From Candidatus Nomurabacteria bacterium (GTDB lineage: Bacteria > Patescibacteriota > Minisyncoccia > Phycocordibacterales > UBA9973): a DNA stretch of 64,000 nt. Position numbers and translations under genes: made by a program. The stretch lies in the NCBI GenBank assembly GCA_943357245.1, contig CALRGH010000001.1, forward strand, positions 13,456 to 77,455. The letters are read 5' to 3'. Below the pieces are notes generated by a model. The model ran no database searches and was not told the origin of the DNA. It saw nothing but the letters and a program-made list of their open reading frames with translations. Positions 47,600 to 56,959 of this stretch are shown here, in pieces. Positions within the stretch are counted from its first letter, which is position 1, and the number at the start of each line of letters is the position of its first letter.

Positions 47600-48739
47600 T
47601 TAGCGGACAGTGGCCTTAACCACGTCCGCTGTTTCCTGCTCTAATTTTTTATGAATCGCATTCACTTCCACATCCGTCAGCGTGCGATCAAGTGCACGGT
47701 ACGTGATTCGATATGCATAACTTTTTTTACCAGCACCAAATTTGTCTGCATTTTCGTATTCATCGACGAGCGCCATTTCTTCTGCCATATCACCAACCAC
47801 ATCGCGCACCACGTCAAAATAATTATTCGGCATAAATATTGCGCTGTCGACAATGAAAGAAATGTCGCGCACGATTGCTGGGTACTTACTTACCTCTTTA
47901 AACTTAGTGCCGAGTTTTAATTGCTTTTTTACACGTTCGTCATCACTCCAAAGCAATCGGATATCCGGAAGTTCGGTGCTGATGATTGCTAATCGTTCAA
48001 GTCCAAGTCCAAACGCCCAACCCGTCCATTTTGAGGAATCAACACCAAGTTTATCAAGCACACTTCCCTTCACGACACCTGCACCATTAACTTCAACCCA
48101 CGCACCATTAATTTCCACCTCCATTTCAAGTGACGGATCCGTATACGGAAACGTATCGGGATTAAAACGATATTTAATATCATTACCGAACACTGCCTTT
48201 GCCGTATCTTCCAATACTTTTTCTAAATCAGCGCGCGTGATTTCTCCTTGTTCTTTTGGTATTAAATACCAACCATCGAGCTGATGAAAGACATTCATGT
48301 GACGGCGATCTATTTCATCTTTGCGATACACTTTGCCAAATGCGAACGCGCCAACAGGCTCGTTGTTTGCGATGCGTGCCTTGATTTTTTCATCGTGCAA
48401 ATAGTAATACCACATCACCGTCATTTGCGTACGCAAAATATGATTGTCATCTGCATAGTACGTATCAGATTTTGAACGTGCCGGATGATCCATCGGAAAA
48501 TCAAATAAATCAAATCCAATGTCAGTTGAAATAATTTGTGGCACTTCGATAGTATCAAATGTTGTAAATGCGGGTAGCGCCAAAATTCGCTTCACCATCT
48601 CTCCAATCGGACTGCCGTCTGTCCGCGACAGATCCGGCATGTCCAAATATCGCTTCATGCGAAGCGCTTCTGCGTCTGTCCGCTTGTCCAATTCCGCGAG
48701 TAATCGTGTTTCTTCAGCTGTATCTACCTTAATTTCCAT
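47600..48739 (-). CDS. pheS: phenylalanyl-tRNA synthetase alpha-type catalytic domain fused to a C-terminal FDX-ACB anticodon-binding domain (monomeric, mitochondrial-type architecture)
   Basis: Class II motifs HPARS...FRNE-like and GWAFGLGLERLAIISTELPDIRL. The C-terminal roughly 100 aa (SKYPAIVRDISFIVDSAIF...KKSYAYRITYRALDRTLTDVEVNAIHKKL) match the FDX-ACB domain that normally sits at the PheT C-terminus. The long PheS N-terminal coiled coil is absent. The start is taken at the ATG at 48739 (the ORF-track start at 48748 is TTG). Confidence 0.75.
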   Translation of the reverse strand: MEIKVDTAEETRLLAELDKRTDAEALRMKRYLDMPDLSRTDGSPIGEMVKRILALPAFTTFDTIEVPQIISTDIGFDLFDFPMDHPARSKSDTYYADDNHILRTQMTVMWYYYLHDEKIKARIANNEPVGAFAFGKVYRKDEIDRRHMNVFHQLDGWYLIPKEQGEITRADLEKVLEDTAKAVFGNDIKYRFNPDTFPYTDPSLEMEVEINGAWVEVNGAGVVKGSVLDKLGVDSSKWTGWAFGLGLERLAIISTELPDIRLLWSDDERVKKQLKLGTKFKEVSKYPAIVRDISFIVDSAIFMPNNYFDVVRDVVGDMAEEMALVDEYENADKFGAGKKSYAYRITYRALDRTLTDVEVNAIHKKLEQETADVVKATVR

Positions 48740-48777
48740 ATTGGGCAACTATAGCAAAAATATGAGGTATTTTCCAC

Positions 48778-48812
48778 TCTGTGTCACCCTGAATTTATTT
48801 CAGGGTCCAGGC
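48778..48812. repeat. left terminal inverted repeat / hairpin of the GIY-YIG cassette (TCTGTGTCACCCTGAATTTATTTCAGGGTCCAGGC)
   Basis: The reverse complement of 49106-49140 is CTTGTGTCATCCTGAATTTATTTCAGGATCCAGGC. There are three mismatches, two of which are compensatory within the internal hairpin. Confidence 0.8.
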
Positions 48813-49096
48813 TAAATTTCTAAGTCCTCCCACTGAGGATTATTTGCTTCAATAAAATTTAATTTCCATTTTCTATGCCAATTTTTTAATTGTTTTTCTC
48901 GGACAATAGCAATTTGCACATCATTTGTCTCTTCAAAATAGACAAGTTTGTGCACATTATATTTTTCAGTAAATCCTTCGACAAGATTATTTTTATGTTC
49001 AGATATTCTTCGCCGTAAATTATTTGTTACGCCAATATAAATAGTGCCATTTCTATCTGTTGCTAAAATATATACATAATATTTCTTGTATAGCAT
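48812..49096 (-). CDS. GIY-YIG nuclease-family protein (94 aa)
   Basis: YVYILATDRNGTIYIGVTNNLRRRISEH...KLVYFE is the GIY-YIG motif set (GIY..YIG..R..E). Confidence 0.8.
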   Translation of the reverse strand: MLYKKYYVYILATDRNGTIYIGVTNNLRRRISEHKNNLVEGFTEKYNVHKLVYFEETNDVQIAIVREKQLKNWHRKWKLNFIEANNPQWEDLEI

Positions 49097-49105
49097 AAGT
49101 ATTCC

Positions 49106-49140
49106 GCCTGGATCCTGAAATAAATTCAGGATGACACAAG
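49106..49140. repeat. right terminal inverted repeat / hairpin of the GIY-YIG cassette
   Basis: See the entry for 48778-48812. Confidence 0.8.
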
Positions 49141-49186
49141 ACTAAATATAACATGACATTTCGTCCAAAATAGCTATAATCCTTGT

Positions 49187-50248
49187 ATGTCTCCATTTAG
49201 AAAATCACTCGTATTCATAGGCGACTGTATCATGCTCGCAGCATCATTTTATCTGATGCTTTTTATCCGATTTGGGGCAATACAGGCAGATGTTGTCGCT
49301 GTACACAAAACACCCTTCCTTGTGCTCTTTGGTATTTGGATTCTCTTATTGTATGTATTTGATATGTACGAGCCGAAGTTTTTAAACGTCTCTATTTTTT
49401 CTCTTCGTCACATTGCTATTGTACTCGCAACGCAAACCATAGCCGGCTTCTCTCTTTTTTATCTCGTTCCTTCATTCGGCATCGCACCAAAAACAAATCT
49501 GCTGTTAACGGTCGCCATCTTCGGCATCTTGTTTATTATTTGGCGCCAAATACTTGCAAAGCGAATCGGTATCATCAGAAGCAGTGACCTAGACCAGACA
49601 CACACCCAAGCAATTCCAATCGCAACAATGACAGATGCACTAGCACAAACGTTGTCCGCAAAAAAACAAAGTAATCTCTATGCACTGCCAATGCGCATTA
49701 TTGAAATACTTTTTGCAATCACCATTCTTATCATCACCCTTCCAATTACTCTTGTGGTGATGATTGCCATCAAATTAGAAGACGGCGGAAGTGTGTTCTA
49801 TAAAAATGATCGCGTGGGAAAAAACGATAAGGTTTTTTATTTGTATAAATTTCGATCAATGATCCCAAATGCAGAAACAAATGGCGCAGTATGGGCGCAA
49901 GTAGCTGATACACGCATCACGCGCGTCGGCAGATTCACCCGAAAATTACACATCGATGAAATCCCCCAAATGTGGAATATTTTGCGTGGTGATTTGGCAC
50001 TCGTTGGCCCACGACCAGAACGACCAGAAATAGTGAAAGAATTAGCTGAAAAAATCCCGTATTATGATGTCCGCCACAGTATCAAACCAGGATTTACTGG
50101 CTGGGCACAGATCAAATTCCGCTACGCGCGCTCAGTTTCCGATTCACAGAAAAAATTAGAGTACGATCTCTTCTATATCAAAAATAGAAACTTCTTCATG
50201 GATATCGGCATCATTTTGAAAACGGTGCAGATTATTTTTACGCACTAA
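49187..50248 (+). CDS. polyprenyl-phosphate sugar phosphotransferase (WbaP/EpsL bacterial sugar transferase family), initiating enzyme
   Basis: C-terminal catalytic domain PMRIIEILFAITILIITLPITLVVMIAIKLEDGGSVFYKNDRVGKNDKVFYLYKFRSM...DEIPQMWNILRGDLALVGPRPERPE. Confidence 0.85.
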   Translation: MSPFRKSLVFIGDCIMLAASFYLMLFIRFGAIQADVVAVHKTPFLVLFGIWILLLYVFDMYEPKFLNVSIFSLRHIAIVLATQTIAGFSLFYLVPSFGIAPKTNLLLTVAIFGILFIIWRQILAKRIGIIRSSDLDQTHTQAIPIATMTDALAQTLSAKKQSNLYALPMRIIEILFAITILIITLPITLVVMIAIKLEDGGSVFYKNDRVGKNDKVFYLYKFRSMIPNAETNGAVWAQVADTRITRVGRFTRKLHIDEIPQMWNILRGDLALVGPRPERPEIVKELAEKIPYYDVRHSIKPGFTGWAQIKFRYARSVSDSQKKLEYDLFYIKNRNFFMDIGIILKTVQIIFTH

Positions 50249-50249
50249 T

Positions 50250-51098
50250 ATGTTGTGGAAATCGCTCGTTAAAAAATTGAGCAATGTTGCATACGTATTT
50301 TTGCGACTACACGCATATTTGCCAGCACGGCACACTTCGCGTACCGTACCAAAAACGAATTTCCTCATCGTCACTATTGCCTTCAACAACAAAGATATTT
50401 TGGAAACACAATATTCATACTTACAAGAAAATCTGGAAGATACATTTGATTATTGTATTGCGGACAATTCGAGCGACAAAAATAAAGCCGAGGGAATAAA
50501 ACAGTTCTGCACGAAAAACAATATTTCGTATATCAAAATCCCTGCAAATCCCCTCACTGGAGTTCGCGCAAGCGGTTCGCATGGTGTGGCGCTGAATTGG
50601 GTGTATCGCAACATCATCAAAAAATATAAACCTACGTATTTTGGATTTTTAGATCACGATATATTCCCTCTCGAGAAAACAAATATTATTAGAAAAATGC
50701 GCGGCGGCTACTACGGCATCATTCGCATGCGGCACGCTCCCTACTGGTATTTTTGGCCGGGATTTTCTTTTTTTGAATATGACAAATTTAAAAAATACTG
50801 TTTTGATTTTGCTCCGTACCATGCAGGAAAAAACGGTCTGACATTTTTAGATACAGGTGGCGCAAATTATTACACGATTTCGCGCAAGATAGACCGGAGC
50901 GTGCTCGCGGAGGCCGCGAGCACGCTTATCGATCTTTCAACCGGAAAAGAATGGATTCGCGGCACCGACACGCGTCGCACCTTTGAACTCATCGACAAAT
51001 CATGGCTCCACATGCGCCAAATTTCCTGGCGCGAAGAAAGCTCTGATAAAATGGATGACTACCAAGAAATGTTACGGATTGCGAAAGAATACAAATAA
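50250..51098 (+). CDS. hypothetical protein, possible GT-A-like nucleotide-sugar transferase (DxD-like FLDHD)
   Basis: IADNSSD and FLDHDIF are reminiscent of GT-A DxD motifs. No confident family assignment. Confidence 0.4.
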   Translation: MLWKSLVKKLSNVAYVFLRLHAYLPARHTSRTVPKTNFLIVTIAFNNKDILETQYSYLQENLEDTFDYCIADNSSDKNKAEGIKQFCTKNNISYIKIPANPLTGVRASGSHGVALNWVYRNIIKKYKPTYFGFLDHDIFPLEKTNIIRKMRGGYYGIIRMRHAPYWYFWPGFSFFEYDKFKKYCFDFAPYHAGKNGLTFLDTGGANYYTISRKIDRSVLAEAASTLIDLSTGKEWIRGTDTRRTFELIDKSWLHMRQISWREESSDKMDDYQEMLRIAKEYK

Positions 51099-51143
51099 AA
51101 ACAGAAAACCCACCGAAGCAGATTTTCTGCTGGTGGGTTTTAA

Positions 51144-51401
51144 TTATTTAATACCATCTTTAAAATTCTGATATTTCCATTTTACATCTGATAACTCATT
51201 CTCAAGAAATTCTTGCCGTATGGGGTTCTTTGAGTACATCCTCACCCACTCAGTATATTGTTTTTCAACATATTGTTGACCGTAACCGCTTTTTTCAAGT
51301 TCGTATCTAACTGTTTTATGCACATCATCTTGAAGATATTTGTAATCTTGGGATTTGACCCCTAATTCACTCTTTTTATCTTCAATTGCTTGCATGAACA
51401 T
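51144..51401 (-). CDS. hypothetical small protein
   Basis: The ORF-track start (51422) is TTG. The ATG at 51401 has an AAGGA Shine-Dalgarno sequence 11 nt upstream. Confidence 0.35.
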   Translation of the reverse strand: MFMQAIEDKKSELGVKSQDYKYLQDDVHKTVRYELEKSGYGQQYVEKQYTEWVRMYSKNPIRQEFLENELSDVKWKYQNFKDGIK

Positions 51402-51769
51402 ATCATGATGATCCTTATTCAAACTGTCCCTGAATCTCTTTCTTTCGGAAAAAGGAAGGAGGGAATCAATGGTTTTAGTTAATGAAGCAATTTTTATTTG
51501 ATAAGCATTATCAGTTTTAATACTGTCTTGAATAAAGCTTACTCTTTCTTGTTTTTTTGCTGTTGATTTTTACCGCAAGAACAAATAAAAAATATAGCTA
51601 CAATAGCAACAACGGAAACAAATGTATTTTTCATTTTTAGTTTTATTTGGTGACCACAAAAGACAATTTCTTGTCTCCTCTGGTCACCAATAAAACCTTG
51701 TGTTTCAAAGAATCATTATTAAGTATATTATAGTATGAAAGTCAAGTACCCTTTTAACCCAAAAACCCA

Positions 51770-53050
51770 ATGGCTACAAGGGTAAATTCATGGTATAAAC
51801 AAGCATATATGTTTGCCGCGATTACGAACAGATTGGATTCTTTTTTCCATCTCGACACCAAAAAATTGCTCGGTAGAGCATCGTATTTGCTCGGCAGTCA
51901 GGCAGTAAGTAATCTGTTCTCTTTTGCTGTCGCTCTTGCCGCGGCGTATTTTATCAGCAAAGAGACCTACGGCACCTACCGCTATATTCTTTCAACACTC
52001 TCGTTCATTGGTGCATTCTCACTCACAGGATTAGGCACGCCCATCATCCGAAGTGTGGCACGTGGATATGATCATCTCTTTGCAACGTCTATCCTTCGCT
52101 CTCTTTTGTGGTCTATCCCTGCAATCCTCGTCGGTGCAGGTATTGGTGTGTGGTATCTCGTGCATCAAAATACAGTGCTCGGATTCTCAATTCTACTTGG
52201 TGCGATCGCATTCCCTACCATACAAGCATTCCTCTGGTACCGCTCATATTTAAACGGTAAAAAATATTTCCGTGCGCTCATGAAGACCAACATCGCGTAT
52301 TCGGTACTGACGTCAGGTGCGATCATTGTGACATTACTCATGCGTCCGTCTGCAATCACCCTCGTTGTCGTGTACTGCGTCGCAAATGTACTAACGCTCG
52401 TCGTCCTTACTACTATCATCCGAAAAAAATTTCGTCCAAACAATCTACAAGATCCGGAAGCAGGAAAACTGGAGCACCACATGAGTCTTATGAATGTTTT
52501 GGATATCGGCGCAACGCAATTAGATAAAATAATTCTTTTCCAAGTTGCAGGCCCTATAGAAGTTGCGCGATACACATTTGCGACACTCTTACCAGAGCAA
52601 TTGCGCAATGTGCTCAAATATATTCCGCAACTTTCCATGCCTATTTTTGCAAGCCTTCCAACAGATACCGCAAAATCAAAGGGGTTGTTTTTGGTGAAGA
52701 AATTATTCCTCGTCACTATTCCGATTGTCATCGTGTACATACTCGTTGCACCACTTGCCTATAAACTTCTTTTTCCAAATTACACAGAGGTTATTATGTA
52801 TTCACAAGTATTTGCGCTCATGCTCATCTTTGATGGCGGGATCAGTGGTACTATTTTAAAAGCGAAAAATAAAGTACAAAGTTTGTATATAGTGACAGTG
52901 ACTTCTAATATTGTCCGAATTATACTTCTTGTTGTCTTTGGATTCTTGTGGGGCATTTGGGGAGTAATCGGATCAAGAATAATAAGTCGCATTATTAGTT
53001 TTGTTGTTGCATATATAGCAGTACGAAAAATCCCTGTACAAGCAGTATGA
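51770..53050 (+). CDS. polysaccharide flippase-like MOP-superfamily membrane protein (Wzx-like)
   Basis: 426 aa with about 12 predicted TM helices. The N-terminal pattern is typical of oligosaccharide-unit flippases. Confidence 0.65.
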   Translation: MATRVNSWYKQAYMFAAITNRLDSFFHLDTKKLLGRASYLLGSQAVSNLFSFAVALAAAYFISKETYGTYRYILSTLSFIGAFSLTGLGTPIIRSVARGYDHLFATSILRSLLWSIPAILVGAGIGVWYLVHQNTVLGFSILLGAIAFPTIQAFLWYRSYLNGKKYFRALMKTNIAYSVLTSGAIIVTLLMRPSAITLVVVYCVANVLTLVVLTTIIRKKFRPNNLQDPEAGKLEHHMSLMNVLDIGATQLDKIILFQVAGPIEVARYTFATLLPEQLRNVLKYIPQLSMPIFASLPTDTAKSKGLFLVKKLFLVTIPIVIVYILVAPLAYKLLFPNYTEVIMYSQVFALMLIFDGGISGTILKAKNKVQSLYIVTVTSNIVRIILLVVFGFLWGIWGVIGSRIISRIISFVVAYIAVRKIPVQAV

Positions 53051-54255
53051 AATTCTCCTCGCTAAAAATAAATACCATCGTTATCTCCATACTTGCCGTC
53101 CTTGCGCTTGCAGTGAGCATATTCTTCGCATATTCTTTTCCAAAACTCCCTGTCATTTCTGATTCTGCAGATTACCACGAAATTGCGTCACGTATACTCA
53201 CCGACAAAACATATGTAACTATTTCAAGCGATAAAATTCTCTATCCGCCAATGTATCCCATATTCTTATCTGTCGTGTATGCGTTCACCCATATTGGTTC
53301 ATTTACATCAGTCTACTTTGTACAATATCTGCTCGTGGGTCTGATGGCTGTTCTTGTTTTTTTAATACTGCGAAGATTTGCAAAAGTATCGATCGGACTT
53401 TGTGTACTTGCTTCACTTGCAACTCTTTTCTGGCCGTATTTTATTTTGTATTCACAGTTAGTGAGTTCAGAAATTGTATATTCATTTTTATTGTTACTTT
53501 TCTTTTATTTATTTTTACATATCAAAAAAGAATCTTCCAACAAACTCGTTGTCGCTTCCGGAATAATCTTGGGTCTCGCACTCATTACCCGCCCTGTCGC
53601 ACTCCTTATGTTGCCATGGATATTGATTGGATTTTTTATACTCGGAAAAATGCCGAAAATATTTGGTGTATTTTCTGTGCCGTGGAAAAAATATCTTCTT
53701 ATTCTTCTTGTCACAACAATCGTCCTCGTGCCATGGATCACCTACGTAAAAATAAAATATGATAGATTTATTCCTATCGCATCGAATTTGTCATTTGTCT
53801 TCAAAAAAGCAAATAGTACGTTCGCATATTTGCCAGATACTGCGCCACGGGAACAAGAAAGTAAATTTGTTTCTCTGCTCAAAGTCAAAGCAAAAAATAT
53901 CTACTTATTCTGGGATCCGGGCGCGTCTGGCTACCATCTCGACATCATCAAAACAACATACCCTGTCGCGGGTTTCGCAGTATCATTTTATAAAATCTTT
54001 TTCTTTCTCGTACTTTTCTTGGCGGGCTTTGGTGCGGTGTTACTCCGCAAAAATCCTCTCGTACAAATCTGCGTCCTGCTTATCACCTATTTCTGGGCAC
54101 TCCACACTGTCCTTTTTCCCTTCCCTCGCTACACATTGCCAATTATCCCGTATGTCGTTATAGTTGCTGTAGTCGCATTTTCTTATGGAACAACATACTT
54201 CAAAACCGCGCGTATTCATCGCCTTACCGGCAAAGAACGAGAGTCACGCAATTAA
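53047..54255 (+). CDS. GT-C-fold membrane glycosyltransferase (ArnT/PMT-like, family 39/83-like)
   Basis: 402 aa, polytopic, with the first extracytoplasmic loop carrying acidic residues (ISDSADYHE). Its genomic context with GtrB-like and GtrA-like genes supports the call. Confidence 0.55.
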   Translation: MKFSSLKINTIVISILAVLALAVSIFFAYSFPKLPVISDSADYHEIASRILTDKTYVTISSDKILYPPMYPIFLSVVYAFTHIGSFTSVYFVQYLLVGLMAVLVFLILRRFAKVSIGLCVLASLATLFWPYFILYSQLVSSEIVYSFLLLLFFYLFLHIKKESSNKLVVASGIILGLALITRPVALLMLPWILIGFFILGKMPKIFGVFSVPWKKYLLILLVTTIVLVPWITYVKIKYDRFIPIASNLSFVFKKANSTFAYLPDTAPREQESKFVSLLKVKAKNIYLFWDPGASGYHLDIIKTTYPVAGFAVSFYKIFFFLVLFLAGFGAVLLRKNPLVQICVLLITYFWALHTVLFPFPRYTLPIIPYVVIVAVVAFSYGTTYFKTARIHRLTGKERESRN

Positions 54256-55150
54256 ACAAACGCTTGCAAATATACAGCAAATGGTCGCACACACAAGTGA
54301 CTATGATTTTTCTATTACTGTTTTTGATGATGCTTCGACTGATGACACGGGAGCAATCGCGCTTGCCAATAGTTGTGCCGTCGAGCGAATTCATAAAAGT
54401 CGTGGACTTGGCTACGTCTTCACACAAATTACCTCTGCCTTCTTGAAAAGCGGTGCAGATTTTTTGGTAACAATTGACGCCGATAATCAGTTTGACCCAA
54501 ACGAAATTCCTCTGTTACTTGCACCACTTACAGATGGTCGCGCAGATTTTGTGACCGGCTCACGATTTTTAAAACAATCAAACACCTCTGGTATTAGTGC
54601 TATTAAAAAAATAGGCAACAAAGTGGGCGCGCGATATATTAGTTCAATTTTAGGAGAACAATTTTCCGATGTCACCTGCGGCTTCCGCGCATCTTCTCGC
54701 GAAGCAATATTGCAATTACATACATTTGCCGATTTTACCTACACGCAAGAAGTATTTTTAAATTTGGGAATCAAAAAAATTTCTATTGTCGAAATACCTA
54801 TCACGACTATTTATCACAAAGAAAGAAAATCAAAAATAGTTACCAGTGTGTGTTCATATATTGCAAAATCGCTCAAAATTATTTTGAAATTTACGATTGT
54901 CTACGCACCAATGCGACTCTTTGGAACACTCGGCAATCTCTCTTTTTTACTCGCGATTGCATCTAGTATATTTGTTTTTTTCTGGAATCAGGCAACCGGA
55001 AGTGTAACACCGTACAAATGGCTCGCTGTCGTGGGAGTCTCTGCTGGCGGCGCAGGATTACTCTTTTATTCTGTGGGTATCCTGCTCCAAATCACCAGTC
55101 GAATCCAATTAACCATAGAAAAAGTATTATATGAATCAAGAAAAAGATAA
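54185..55150 (+). CDS. family-2 glycosyltransferase, polyprenyl-phosphate glycosyltransferase type (GtrB/ArnC/DPM1-like) with C-terminal TM helices
   Basis: VFIALPAKNESHAIKQTL...ITVFDDASTDDT...LVTIDADNQFDPNEIP...GSRF, and two C-terminal TM helices. The annotated start overlaps the preceding gene by 71 nt, so the true start is uncertain. Confidence 0.8.
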   Translation: MEQHTSKPRVFIALPAKNESHAIKQTLANIQQMVAHTSDYDFSITVFDDASTDDTGAIALANSCAVERIHKSRGLGYVFTQITSAFLKSGADFLVTIDADNQFDPNEIPLLLAPLTDGRADFVTGSRFLKQSNTSGISAIKKIGNKVGARYISSILGEQFSDVTCGFRASSREAILQLHTFADFTYTQEVFLNLGIKKISIVEIPITTIYHKERKSKIVTSVCSYIAKSLKIILKFTIVYAPMRLFGTLGNLSFLLAIASSIFVFFWNQATGSVTPYKWLAVVGVSAGGAGLLFYSVGILLQITSRIQLTIEKVLYESRKR

Positions 55151-55751
55151 TATCACCATTACGCAATTTACGGACAAATACACAAAGACGGGCAAGGTCG
55201 GTAATTTTTTGGTGCGCAACTTTTTTAAGACTATTCGCAAACTCTCGCCCACCGACGCAACAAGTGTCCTTGAAGTTGGTTGTGGTGCTGGATATTCGAT
55301 GGAAGAACTCCGCACTTTTTTCAAAGAAGGCACGACATTTACCGCATGCGATATTGACCCAGAACTAGTCCGTCTCACAAAAGAAAAAAATCCCTCTGTC
55401 GATTGTCAGACTGCGTCCATCTATGCACTTCCCTACGCCGATCATTCATTTGACTGTGTCTTTTGTTTGGAAGTATTAGAACATTTAGAAGAACCAGAAA
55501 AAGCCCTTGCGGAGCTTGCGCGTGTATCAAAAAAATATATCATCGCAAGTACACCACGCGAACCGATTTGGCGAGCGCTTAATATGGCACGGGGCAAATA
55601 TTTGCGCGATTTCGGCAATACGCACGGTCACATCAATCACTGGTCGTCACGCGCCCTCCGCACGCTTGTTGCGCGTTATTTTGATATCGCTAAAGTAAAA
55701 AAACCACTTCCGTGGACAATGATATATGGAAAAATTAAAAGCACACGCTAA
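55131..55751 (+). CDS. class I SAM-dependent methyltransferase
   Basis: Motif I VLEVGCGAGYS. FDCVFCLEVLEHLEEPEKAL. Confidence 0.8.
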   Translation: MNQEKDNITITQFTDKYTKTGKVGNFLVRNFFKTIRKLSPTDATSVLEVGCGAGYSMEELRTFFKEGTTFTACDIDPELVRLTKEKNPSVDCQTASIYALPYADHSFDCVFCLEVLEHLEEPEKALAELARVSKKYIIASTPREPIWRALNMARGKYLRDFGNTHGHINHWSSRALRTLVARYFDIAKVKKPLPWTMIYGKIKSTR

Positions 55752-56136
55752 AAAAATAATTACCTGGCATACATTTTGGCAGATGTTCCGTTATGGGCTC
55801 ATCACACTTTCGAGCTACTTCTTTATTATCGCGGTTGTATTTTTACTCAAGAAGATACCCATAGACGAAAAAATTGCGTACGCAATTGCACTCTCCGTTG
55901 CCTATGTGGGTGTCTATATCGGCTATAACAAATTTGTATTTAAAACTGCGCACAACACCAAAATGTTGCACCGATTTTTGGTTGTCCTTGCACTTTCATG
56001 GATTGGCAATAATATACTCTTCGCATTTTGGACAAGTATTCTCTTTATTTCTTATCCGATTGCAACAGCACTTAATACACTCGTATTAGGAGTAGCTCGT
56101 TTCTTTGCACAAAAATTTTATGTCCGTAAATCCTAA
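55726..56136 (+). CDS. GtrA-family small membrane protein (putative polyprenyl-P-sugar flippase component)
   Basis: 136 aa with 4 TM helices. The conserved N-terminal WQMFRYGLITLSSYFF and mid-protein VFK pattern match the GtrA family. Confidence 0.6.
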   Translation: MEKLKAHAKKIITWHTFWQMFRYGLITLSSYFFIIAVVFLLKKIPIDEKIAYAIALSVAYVGVYIGYNKFVFKTAHNTKMLHRFLVVLALSWIGNNILFAFWTSILFISYPIATALNTLVLGVARFFAQKFYVRKS

Positions 56137-56959
56137 ACCAACAATTGCACTCACGTTTGATGTTGAACTCTGGAGCGAAGGCGCGTGGCTCAAACCGCAT
56201 ATCACAGAAGATATGCTCGCCCACGATCCGTTTCCGAAATCTATGGAACGAGTCTTAAACGCACTCAAAAAATACAGCGCGCACGCGACATTTTTTGTGA
56301 CGCTCGACGTTACCGAAAAATATCCGCACATTTTGAAACAGATTGCTGATGACGGCCACGAAATTGGGATTCATGGTCCGAGACACATTCGCCTTTCCGA
56401 ATATACTCCGGAAACTTTCAAACAAGATTGTGAAAAACAAATTACACTTATTGAAACGGCAACTGACGCGAAAGTCAAAAATAATAATTTAGGCTTTCGC
56501 GCCGCACACTTCTCACTCGATAAAAAAACTGAATGGATTTTGCCTATTTTAAAAGATCTCGGCTTCACCTATGACTCAAGCATCTTTCCTATGAACATGG
56601 GTGAATACGGTGTTGCAGACGCACAGCTTGATCGTTACGAAATTATTCCCGGTCTTACCGAAATCCCAACATCAGTCGCAACTATATTTGGATTTCGTAT
56701 TCCCTTTGCCGGCGGTATTTACTTCCGCTTCCTTCCTCTTTTCATATTCAAATGGTTTGTACATTCTGTTGCAAAAACGCGCACTCCCATTATTTATTTT
56801 CATCCGCACGAACTCGACTCCTCAACTCCTCAAATAAAATCCGGTCCCTACATCCGAAGACTCTTAAAGTATTGGAATACAAAAAATAGTTTCAAAAAGT
56901 TTGAAAAGCTACTTAATTGTTATATATTTGATTCAATCAAACATATCAATCATCTATGA
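56105..56959 (+). CDS. polysaccharide deacetylase (NodB-homology, CE4)
   Basis: TFDVELWSEGAW (TFDD-like motif 1) and GHEIGIHGPRH (motif 2 His pair). Confidence 0.8.
   Translation: MHKNFMSVNPKPTIALTFDVELWSEGAWLKPHITEDMLAHDPFPKSMERVLNALKKYSAHATFFVTLDVTEKYPHILKQIADDGHEIGIHGPRHIRLSEYTPETFKQDCEKQITLIETATDAKVKNNNLGFRAAHFSLDKKTEWILPILKDLGFTYDSSIFPMNMGEYGVADAQLDRYEIIPGLTEIPTSVATIFGFRIPFAGGIYFRFLPLFIFKWFVHSVAKTRTPIIYFHPHELDSSTPQIKSGPYIRRLLKYWNTKNSFKKFEKLLNCYIFDSIKHINHL

Noticed and set aside
47602-47630. Hairpin AGCGGAC...GTCCGCT at the 3-prime end of the pheS-like gene
   Set aside because: It lies inside the coding sequence, encoding ...DVVKATVR, so it is not scored as an independent element.
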